Below are positions 56,475 to 64,000 of a stretch of DNA of 64,000 nucleotides, one piece after another. Position 1 is the first letter of the stretch. Every line of letters begins with the position of its first letter. The notes beneath the pieces were generated by a model. The model ran no database searches. It worked only from the letters and a program-made list of their open reading frames with translations, and was not told the DNA's origin. The translations under genes and the position numbers were made by a program. The stretch lies in NCBI GenBank assembly GCA_032128875.1, contig JAVLKG010000004.1, positions 64,001 to 128,000 of the forward strand, written 5' to 3'. This DNA is from Candidatus Melainabacteria bacterium 17Bon1m (GTDB taxonomy: Bacteria; Cyanobacteriota; Vampirovibrionia; Obscuribacterales; Obscuribacteraceae).

Positions 56475-57739
56475 AGAGACAAGGTTTTCGCTGACGAAAC
56501 CATAAGGTCTTGGACCTTCTTGCCGCCTTGCGCGTTGACGTGTGCGGAGTCGTAGAAGTCGCTAAGTTGAAATGCACCACTGCCATCGAGATCTAGCATC
56601 TCGTCGCCGTATTGCGCAGGCATAGTGCATACTTCGTTCTGATAACGTTCGAAAAGTTTTCTCGGAATGATCTCTTTGTTTTCGTTTGTGATCGGCATGT
56701 TCACTACGATCATGCGAATGCCTTTCTTCTTGCAAGTATCTAGCATCTTTTGAAAACTTGCTTTTTCTTTTTCAAATCGATCAACATTCGCCGGTAAATA
56801 TCGCTCTCTCCATTCCGGAAGATCGGCAAATTGAGCGCGTTTCTGTTCTGTAGAACTTTGATCGTTTTCTTGATCAATCTTGCACACTTCTCTGGTTTTA
56901 ATTTCAGATGCCGCTGTTTGATCCTGTGCTGGGCTCGCAGCAACAGCAATTCCTTTTTCTTCAGCAGCCTTTTTACTCAGTTTTGCAAGCTGATTTGATT
57001 CGTATAAATCTGCAGGATGCGCCAACAAATCACATGCCCAGCCGGTTAGCATGGTTTTGTAATCGGTGCGAACTTTGTACAAATAAACTAGTTGTCCCAG
57101 CAAGAGATCGCGGGTTTCATCCAGAGTGCGCACCTCCGAAAAGATCTCCGGCAATGTGGTGCGATTGCTGAGAAGCTGGCAAACAGGGCTCTTACCTGTC
57201 GGTGGTGCTACGTTGTCGATGAAGTCTCTAGGACCCATTCCGAAGATAACGATCTTAGGTGAGCGCCCTGCATCGATGGCGCGGCGCAAAATCAATTCAG
57301 CATCTGACGCCATGCACGCGACGCAAGTCAAATTGAAAGCAGAGAGTTTTGTACCGTTTTTTTGCTCAATCAAATGCTCGAGATACTTTGCGCCAGTGTA
57401 TTGGCGGACTTCGTTGAGGCTTTTCTCGTTGAAGCTACCGGTGTATTCCGCGTCATAGCGTGCAATCGCTTCCATCGGAAGGGATGAGCCCAGGACGAGC
57501 AATTCCGGGCGCTCTTTTGCATCGAAAAATGCCGGAAGCTTGCTCACCAAAGGGTTTTGCTCCAGCGGAACATAGCGCGTGGTCTTTATATATTGAAGCG
57601 GCTTGACGGATTGTATGACCCAGTTAAGACCGACAATGCTTACCACCAGCCAGCACGTGAAGCTGGAAAGCACTAGAAGAAAGATGCCTTTCTTTTGCTT
57701 ATCGGAAGTATTCGCGTCTGTAGACGCGGAGTCCTGCAT
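56471..57739 (-). CDS. SGNH-like (DltD/DUF1574-like) membrane-anchored protein
   Basis: N-terminal TM, LVLGSS, VVNMP, DFYDSAHVNAQG (DxxH). Confidence 0.72.
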   Translation of the reverse strand: MQDSASTDANTSDKQKKGIFLLVLSSFTCWLVVSIVGLNWVIQSVKPLQYIKTTRYVPLEQNPLVSKLPAFFDAKERPELLVLGSSLPMEAIARYDAEYTGSFNEKSLNEVRQYTGAKYLEHLIEQKNGTKLSAFNLTCVACMASDAELILRRAIDAGRSPKIVIFGMGPRDFIDNVAPPTGKSPVCQLLSNRTTLPEIFSEVRTLDETRDLLLGQLVYLYKVRTDYKTMLTGWACDLLAHPADLYESNQLAKLSKKAAEEKGIAVAASPAQDQTAASEIKTREVCKIDQENDQSSTEQKRAQFADLPEWRERYLPANVDRFEKEKASFQKMLDTCKKKGIRMIVVNMPITNENKEIIPRKLFERYQNEVCTMPAQYGDEMLDLDGSGAFQLSDFYDSAHVNAQGGKKVQDLMVSSAKTLSL

Positions 57740-57951
57740 TTACGTGTCCCTAACCAACTTTGTGAAGCCATTACAATAGCCAGTCAAGAGTTTAGTGGAT
57801 AGCCCGATATTTCGAATTAAGTACTCGTAGTTTTCCCAGTGAAGGCGGGAAATGGGAGAAAAACCAGATTGTGTTTTTCTCAGAAAGCCTGTACTACTAG
57901 CTAATTAGATCTGCTTGGCAACCCTGCTGGACTACCAAGAGAGGAAAGTTA

Positions 57952-59451
57952 GTGACCTCAACGATTTCGAAAAGCCCCCGTACCCACAAATCCGGTACGG
58001 AGAGGACGAAACTGGCGGCATCTCCAAAAACTCAAGCCAAGCCTTTAGACCCACACGACGAACACGAGCATCCTTTTTCTGCGATTCCGCAGAGCGAAAG
58101 GCGTGGACCAGTAACGATGGGTTTGCTGTGGATCACTATGGTCACAGCGTTTCCGGCTGTGCTGGTTGGATTTGAATGGTGCAAACAAGGATTCACCTTT
58201 ACACAGGTCCTTCTGTGCACTGTGCTGAGTTGCGCAATTCTGATGGCGTATGCGATTCCTGCGAGCCAGTTGGGCGCCGTTAGTGGACTGAGCTACGCCG
58301 CATTGAGCCGCAGCATATTCGGGCGGTGGGGTTCCAAAATTGTGGCGTTCAACCTGGTTGCGATTTTCGTTGCCTGGTACGGATTGGCAGCGCTCTTTCT
58401 AGCGGATGGGCTCGAGGGTCTCTTCCATTGGAAGGCCCCGTTGATGGTTTTGTCAGTCGCGTTCGCCTTTCTCATGGCGGCGAACAACTTCTTTGGCTTC
58501 AAAGGTGTAGCTAACTTTGCGCGATTCTTTGCAGCACCAGTGCTCATTCTTTGGGTCACCTACACGTGTATCAAAACCGTGCCGGCTTGCCCGCCAAGCC
58601 TTTTCGCGGATGTGACGCACAAGTCTTTTGCTTGTGCGCTGACAACGATTTCCACATTCATCATCGGCTTTGCAGTATGGGGCAACGAAGCAGACTATTG
58701 GAGGTTTAGCAAACCAAAGGTAAGAAACTGCGCGATACCATTTGTAGTGGCTCTGGGCATTGGTCAAGTTATTTTTCCATGCACAGGCTTCATCCTCGCG
58801 AAGCTCACTGGCATCTCGGATTATGGCGCAGCGACAAGCTATATGAATGATTATTCGTTCGGCGGCTTGGCAATTCTTGGAGCTATCGTAATCGGAGCGT
58901 CCTACTTTGCCGCCAATGATTCAAACTTGTTTGGCTCGGTAAGTGCTTGTGAGAATCTAAAGCGCTGGAATCACAAAGGTTGGGTTGCTGTGCTCGCCAC
59001 GCTCGGCGCTGCAATGGCTGCCTGGCTGTCAATTTCCGGCGCTGCGAAATCGCTAGAATCCATTGCTTCCCTTAACTGCGTCATCGTTCCAACTCCCACC
59101 TTGGTCGTTTTGGCGGAATGGTTTTTGATGCGTAGAGTGTTTTCGAGAGATCCTGATTGCTTTGGCCGTGTGCCCGAATTGGACGAGCTGCCAAAATTCA
59201 AATGGGCTGCGACGATTGCGATGTTCTGTGGCATTACGGTTGGCGTGATGACGTCAGGCGCGATTCCTGGCACAGAGTCATTGCACGTAGGAATTTGCGC
59301 GTTACAGGCATGGGCGACAGCCTTCTTTGTCTATATTCCGCTGCGAATTATCGAATACAGGCGTGAGTCCATTTCTCGCTCCGTAGCTCTGGAAGCGCTG
59401 ATTGCAATTCCATGCACTGTTGAGCCTACTGAGATCACGTTGAAGCGCTAG
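57952..59451 (+). CDS. Purine/cytosine permease (NCS1 family)
   Basis: About 12 TM; IPQSERR, GLSYAALSRSIFGRWGS, ADYWRF. Confidence 0.82.
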   Translation: MTSTISKSPRTHKSGTERTKLAASPKTQAKPLDPHDEHEHPFSAIPQSERRGPVTMGLLWITMVTAFPAVLVGFEWCKQGFTFTQVLLCTVLSCAILMAYAIPASQLGAVSGLSYAALSRSIFGRWGSKIVAFNLVAIFVAWYGLAALFLADGLEGLFHWKAPLMVLSVAFAFLMAANNFFGFKGVANFARFFAAPVLILWVTYTCIKTVPACPPSLFADVTHKSFACALTTISTFIIGFAVWGNEADYWRFSKPKVRNCAIPFVVALGIGQVIFPCTGFILAKLTGISDYGAATSYMNDYSFGGLAILGAIVIGASYFAANDSNLFGSVSACENLKRWNHKGWVAVLATLGAAMAAWLSISGAAKSLESIASLNCVIVPTPTLVVLAEWFLMRRVFSRDPDCFGRVPELDELPKFKWAATIAMFCGITVGVMTSGAIPGTESLHVGICALQAWATAFFVYIPLRIIEYRRESISRSVALEALIAIPCTVEPTEITLKR

Positions 59452-59483
59452 GAGAAAGATCCGCCCTCTGATATCCTAAGCAC

Positions 59484-60164
59484 ATGGCGAGAATACTTCT
59501 GGTTGAAGACGATAAGGATCAAGCGACCACAATTGAAGAGTGGTTGTCGTCCGAACATCACAACATCGTCGTATCCCACGATGGCGAAGAAGGACAATAT
59601 CGCGTTGAAAACGACGCGTTCGATGTCATCATTCTCGACTGGGATTTGCCGAAAGTTTCTGGCATTGAAATTCTCAAGCGATATCGCATGAAGAAAGGCT
59701 CCACGCCTATTATCATGCTGACAGGTCGAGGCACGATTAGCGAGCGCGAGAGCGGTCTTGATGGTGGTGCGGATGATTACCTGACAAAACCTTTTAGCTT
59801 GCGCGAATTGTCCGCTCGCATTCGCGCAGTAATGCGCCGACCGGGTGAAGTGAAGTCTAATGTTTTGACTGTTGGAAAGCTCGTGCTCGATCCTGTGAAG
59901 TATAGAGTGACGAAAAACGGCGAGGAAGTGCAGCTTTTGCCGCGAGACTTTGCACTGCTCGAATTTTTTATGCGAAATGTTGATGTTGTTTTTAGTACCG
60001 ATGCGCTGTTGCAGCGCGTGTGGGAAGACGATACTGACGCCACTTCAGACGCGTTAAGGACAGCTATAAAACGGTTGCGCAAGCGTTTGGATGATGGCGA
60101 TGATGAGTCCAAATCTGTGATTGAAAACATCCCGCGCGTCGGCTATCGCATGCGCGAAGAATGA
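59484..60164 (+). CDS. OmpR-family response regulator
   Basis: LLVEDD, ILDWDLP, GADDYLTKPF, wHTH with VGYR. Confidence 0.95.
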   Translation: MARILLVEDDKDQATTIEEWLSSEHHNIVVSHDGEEGQYRVENDAFDVIILDWDLPKVSGIEILKRYRMKKGSTPIIMLTGRGTISERESGLDGGADDYLTKPFSLRELSARIRAVMRRPGEVKSNVLTVGKLVLDPVKYRVTKNGEEVQLLPRDFALLEFFMRNVDVVFSTDALLQRVWEDDTDATSDALRTAIKRLRKRLDDGDDESKSVIENIPRVGYRMREE

Positions 60165-60313
60165 TCGTGGGGGCGCGTTGCACGCGCCCTTTTTTGTTTT
60201 TGAGTTTAGTTTCCGTTGTATTTTCTGAGGACCTTGACTTGAAGTTTTGATTGAACTTTTTTGCCCTTAGATCCGTATCTAGAAATGTAGGTCGGCTTTT
60301 GAGGCAATGAACA

Positions 60314-60865
60314 ATGACAAGACGTCCGCCAAGATTGGTTGGTTTTGACTATGCGAGCCCTGGTGCTTACTTTATAACCATATGCACTGAAGAAAGGTCT
60401 TGTTTCTTCAGTTCGCTCAATGCGTATCAGATTGAGAAAAATGAAATTGGAGAAGCTGTGTCGGAATGCTGGTTAGCGATTCCGCAGTTTTATAGCTTTG
60501 TTGTTTTAGACGTCTGGGTGCTTATGCCTAATCACCTACATGGAATCCTTTGGATAACCGAAGGCAACAACAGCAAAAAGTCGCTCGGGCAGATTGTTGG
60601 TTCTTTTAAGGCTCGGTCTGCATCTCAAATATCAAAAAGAGGCTTGACGGATCGTAAGATTTGGCAGTCCGATTTTTATGAACACATAATCCGGAGCGAG
60701 GTGGAATTGTTTCGCATTCGTGAGTACATTGCGAACAACCCCGAGAATTGGGTCATTGATCATAACAATCCAAATTACAAAGGGGGCTACGTTCCGCCGT
60801 TTGATAAATATGAGAACGTGCAGCCAAGTACTTGGCTTAAGCCAATGCCATATCCAAAACCGTAG
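60314..60865 (+). CDS. REP-associated tyrosine transposase (Y1 HUH, TnpA-REP/RAYT)
   Basis: RL.GFDY..PGAYFITICT, MPNHLHGI (HUH), WQ..FYEHIIR, YIANNP. Confidence 0.92.
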   Translation: MTRRPPRLVGFDYASPGAYFITICTEERSCFFSSLNAYQIEKNEIGEAVSECWLAIPQFYSFVVLDVWVLMPNHLHGILWITEGNNSKKSLGQIVGSFKARSASQISKRGLTDRKIWQSDFYEHIIRSEVELFRIREYIANNPENWVIDHNNPNYKGGYVPPFDKYENVQPSTWLKPMPYPKP

Positions 60866-60901
60866 CCAAAACAGTAGCTAAAACCGTAGCCAAACCCGTA
60901 G
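60854..60901 (+). repeat. 4 x 12-bp tandem repeat, each unit ending in GTAG
   Basis: CCAAAACCGTAG CCAAAACAGTAG CTAAAACCGTAG CCAAACCCGTAG. Confidence 0.9.
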
Positions 60902-60967
60902 TGTTCTAACTAATTGTTCTGAAAAAAATTGGGCGTGTGCAACACGCCCCCACGAAAATGCAAATAA

Positions 60968-62461
60968 CTAAAAGCGAATTTCAACCGTGTAGGTGACTTT
61001 GACTTCGCCGTTGGCTGGGACGTCGATGGGAAATTCGAATGTGTGCGAATCTTTTTTGGTCGAAGGGTGGCTTTGCGCTGTCAGCTTCCAGTCGCCGTAA
61101 GCGTGTTCGATGACTTGCACACGTACGTTTTCCTTCTTGTGATTACGCAGCACAACTTCGTAAGACATTCTTTGTAAGTGGTTGTTCGGCTGTTCCATAT
61201 TGGTCTGGCGACGCTCGCCTACCACGTCGAAAGCGTCACCAAGATAAATGCGGACTTTCTCATCGCGTGGTGTGTGGTCGATTTCGTCTTCGCCGACGAA
61301 TTGTAGTGCGCCATCAGCATCTTTCTTATAGACACGCACCTTGCCCTTCGGCATTGGCATGCCGAGATGATTAGCCTCGCTGTTCATCATCTCCAATTTA
61401 ATGGCTATTTTGCGCTTATCGCCATCTCCGCCATCGCTTGCATAAATACGGTTATCTCCTGATTCCAGAACGAACAATTTCTTCACCGGAACCGCTGCGG
61501 CGTTAAACAAACTAAGTTGTTTCGTCTCATTGTTATTAACGTCAGTCTTTCCTGCCAACGTATATAAGTGATACTCGGCAAAAGATTGTTCGCTGAATTG
61601 AGGAGGCGCCGGCATCGCAGCTGGTGCCGCTGCATCCATTGCTTCCATCTGCATTACCTGTCTTTCCGGCTGGATTTTGTGCACGTCACCGGCGATGAGT
61701 TTAAGTGCCGAGTTCTTGTATGTTCCACCCGACTTGTTGTCGAGAGTCACCCAACTTGTGATGTCGCATTTAGTGTCATCTTGATTGGCGACGGCGACAT
61801 AATCGCACTTCCAATTGATGTCGGCAGTTTGATAAGCAATTTCAACATCGTGCGTTCCGGCTTTGTCCGTCTCTAATTTCCAATCGAGTGATGGTGTTGA
61901 GACCAGCCCAGAAGGCAGTTCTGCGAGCTCTACTTGACCTTGCGGATTGAGAATGATGCCATTGCTTGTTTTCAAAACAAGACCGGTCGAAACTTCCGAG
62001 CTGCCACCATCGGCGGAGCCAACAGTCGCAGTGGGTCCGTTGAGCAACGTACCGTTCAGCTCAACAATCGAGCCACCGGCGGTGTACTGTTTGAACTTTG
62101 CTGGCTTGCCGATTGACTTGTTTAAAATTGTATTGGGGTCAATCAAGTCGTATTTGTAGTTCTGCTCCCGCACTACGACCTGGTTTGGCGCAGTCAGTGA
62201 GGTAAAGCTAACAGACGTAGGATCAATTTTCGCCGCTACATCTTCGCAGCTTACGTAATTGATTCCATTCTTCAATTCCATCTGCCGCGAGTCGCGGACC
62301 AGTCCAAAGTTTTGGTTGTAGATGGTCAAAGAGATGCCTTTGGTCTGCGAAATCTTGCCGTCTTGCGCATAGGCAGTCAAGTTTTGCGGCGTTGCAATTG
62401 CTGCTGTGAAAGCCAGACAAATTCCAAGACCACGTCTGATTTTTTGATTCGCTGTGACCAT
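60968..62461 (-). CDS. DUF4139-domain exported protein
   Basis: LTIYNQNFGLVRD, IDPTSV, EYHLY.L...T.V.NNETKQ, HTPRDE; ATG at 62461 followed by a signal peptide. Confidence 0.85.
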   Translation of the reverse strand: MVTANQKIRRGLGICLAFTAAIATPQNLTAYAQDGKISQTKGISLTIYNQNFGLVRDSRQMELKNGINYVSCEDVAAKIDPTSVSFTSLTAPNQVVVREQNYKYDLIDPNTILNKSIGKPAKFKQYTAGGSIVELNGTLLNGPTATVGSADGGSSEVSTGLVLKTSNGIILNPQGQVELAELPSGLVSTPSLDWKLETDKAGTHDVEIAYQTADINWKCDYVAVANQDDTKCDITSWVTLDNKSGGTYKNSALKLIAGDVHKIQPERQVMQMEAMDAAAPAAMPAPPQFSEQSFAEYHLYTLAGKTDVNNNETKQLSLFNAAAVPVKKLFVLESGDNRIYASDGGDGDKRKIAIKLEMMNSEANHLGMPMPKGKVRVYKKDADGALQFVGEDEIDHTPRDEKVRIYLGDAFDVVGERRQTNMEQPNNHLQRMSYEVVLRNHKKENVRVQVIEHAYGDWKLTAQSHPSTKKDSHTFEFPIDVPANGEVKVTYTVEIRF

Positions 62462-62510
62462 AATTGAATCTTTTGATCCTTGATAATAGAAGAGATGAGC
62501 GTTAAGCACT

Positions 62511-62562
62511 GTAGGGGCGTCGCAGTGACGCCCTGGTCGGGAGCCGCATGCGGCTTCCCTAC
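62511..62562. repeat. Inverted REP doublet (REPIN-like)
   Basis: GTAGGGGCGTCGCAGTGACGCCC ... GGGAGCCGCATGCGGCTTCCCTAC. Confidence 0.88.
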
Positions 62563-62574
62563 GATTGAGCAAAC

Positions 62575-63270
62575 TCAGCCATTATAGACCTTGTCGCCAC
62601 CCTCTGACTGCGCCTTCTCCATGAAATCAAGAGCAATTTGCATCAAGTCGTGCTCGTTGCGGGCGTGTGTCGGGAATGACACAACGCCGATAGAAGCAGT
62701 CACGCGAATATGTCTCAATTCGTCAGTGATTGGCATGCTCTTGAGTTTTTCACGAATTCTCTCTCCGACTACAATCGCGCGAGAAGAGTAAGTCTCTGGG
62801 AAGACAACGCCGAGCTGGTTGTTTTCGCAGCGAGCCGGAACATCAACGTCGCGAATTGCACCACGGATGATATTGGCTGCCGCTTTGAGTGTATCGTCGA
62901 TAAACATTTGACCATGGACTTGTCCGAGGTCATGCAGCTTGTCGACAGACATAATGAGCAGCGAAAGCGGGCGCTTATAGCGTTTGGCGCGGCGCAGCTC
63001 GTATTCTAATTTCTTCAAGAACGTACGCGGGTTGTACAGTTCGGTCAAAGAATCGATAAGAGTCATCTTTTCGATTTCGTCGAGCTTCTCGTCGCTGAGA
63101 GTCTCACGAGTCTTGTCAAGCATTGCTTGCTGCTTGGTTTCTTTAAACTTCTGGCGGCTGACGCGCATCTCGACAAGCATGTCGGTGAATTTGGAATCGC
63201 GCGCCTGGGCCCAACCGCCCTGTTTGCTACCGATCCGCTCTTTGTCGTTTTTCTTACTACCCTTCGACAT
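62575..63270 (-). CDS. Degenerate GGDEF-domain protein
   Basis: DSLTELYN, RDVD I-site, ARCENNQL in place of RYGGEEF, VTASIGV. Confidence 0.85.
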   Translation of the reverse strand: MSKGSKKNDKERIGSKQGGWAQARDSKFTDMLVEMRVSRQKFKETKQQAMLDKTRETLSDEKLDEIEKMTLIDSLTELYNPRTFLKKLEYELRRAKRYKRPLSLLIMSVDKLHDLGQVHGQMFIDDTLKAAANIIRGAIRDVDVPARCENNQLGVVFPETYSSRAIVVGERIREKLKSMPITDELRHIRVTASIGVVSFPTHARNEHDLMQIALDFMEKAQSEGGDKVYNG

Positions 63271-63644
63271 TTACTCTTTCCTCGATTCTTGCAAGGAGGT
63301 CAAACCTTTTGAATCCTCTGACTCAGCCATATGAAGTTTAGCCTGATCGCGAGTACTTCATCTCATGCCAAGCTCTAATTCAGTCAATTCCCTAAAAAGG
63401 TTACCTTAAATCAAAGGCCTGTAGGTAGTCTGCCCGCGAAAGGGTAAGTAGAAAAGGCGTCAAAATTTCTTGTACCTTGTCTTGCCGGATTCCGAACAAA
63501 GCGAACCTTGGGTTGTTTTGGGTATCGCGGCGGCAGTCGAACTGGCAGACGTTAGCTCTGGATGGGATTTTGCTGTACAGTAGATTTATAAGGAGACTCG
63601 GATTAGCTGACGGAGAGCCAGTTTTGGGCTCGGGAGCAAAACGA

Positions 63645-64000
63645 ATGGAAACGCAGAAGGATGTCCAGCAAGAGTATCGAGAGACGCTCGAGTATTACAA
63701 AAGCCAGCATACGACTCTTGGATGCAAGATAACCCACATGATTGGTGTGCCGATGATTGCCTTGTCTGTTCCGATGTTGTTTTTCAGTCCGAGGCGTGCC
63801 GCCAATTTGCTTGCCGGCGGCTGGGCGCTGCAATTCATCGGGCACTACGTTTTTGAAAAGAACAGTCCCGTGGTGCTGACGGACTACCGTAACCCCATGG
63901 TCATCCTTGCTGCACTGGATTACGTCTCTGAAGGATGGATTCGTCTTTTCAAAGGCATGCCGTTGGTTGAGCACAAAGGTCCAGAGCTGATTACTATGCA
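63645..64000 (+). CDS. DUF962-family membrane protein; runs off the window edge
   Basis: Manual translation: YYKSQHTTLGCKITHMIGVP...GWALQFIGHYVFEKNSP. Confidence 0.82.
   Translation, partial: METQKDVQQEYRETLEYYKSQHTTLGCKITHMIGVPMIALSVPMLFFSPRRAANLLAGGWALQFIGHYVFEKNSPVVLTDYRNPMVILAALDYVSEGWIRLFKGMPLVEHKGPELITM

Larger units (their letters stand above)
60167..60953. mobile_element. REPtron: RAYT gene bracketed by inverted GTGG-type REPs
   Basis: GTGGGGGCGCGTTGCACGCGCCC (60167-60189) and inverted GGGCGTGTGCAACACGCCCCCAC (60931-60953). Confidence 0.82.

Noticed and set aside
57740-57951. Purine riboswitch upstream of the NCS1 permease
   Set aside because: Two hairpins are present but the conserved purine aptamer junction and loop sequences are not
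63603-63974. Minus-strand 123-aa ORF in the track
   Set aside because: It is the shadow of the DUF962 gene on the plus strand
1-64000. tRNA, rRNA, prophage or selA/B/C/D genes
   Set aside because: None recognised by eye, so Sec machinery cannot be confirmed from this window

Overview
Bacterial chromosomal segment. Gene content suggests a non-photosynthetic relative of Cyanobacteria (Melainabacteria/Vampirovibrionia-like; this is inference). The evidence is a cyanobacterial-type split atp operon with b and b' subunits, a PspA/Vipp1 gene, and no photosynthesis genes. The window is mostly housekeeping: atpZ-B-E-F'-F-H-A-G, rseP, panB, fabG-acpP-fabF, gatA, cysK, asnB, sigA, uvrB, tatA, glyS and rplJL with an L10 leader, plus c-di-GMP/two-component genes and TPR proteins. 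Main observations: (1) two adjacent ORFs at 33539-34606 are in frame and joined by a TGA followed by a SECIS-like hairpin, which gives a predicted exported selenoprotein resembling the core of eukaryotic selenoprotein N; (2) a REP-associated tyrosine transposase (RAYT) flanked by inverted REPs, with a heterogeneous GTAG/GTGG REP family scattered across the window; (3) a SpoIID-family gene broken by a T9 homopolymer frameshift; (4) a roughly 350-nt highly structured leader upstream of rlpA; (5) several enzymes with altered catalytic motifs. All family calls come from motif recognition by eye, not database searches.
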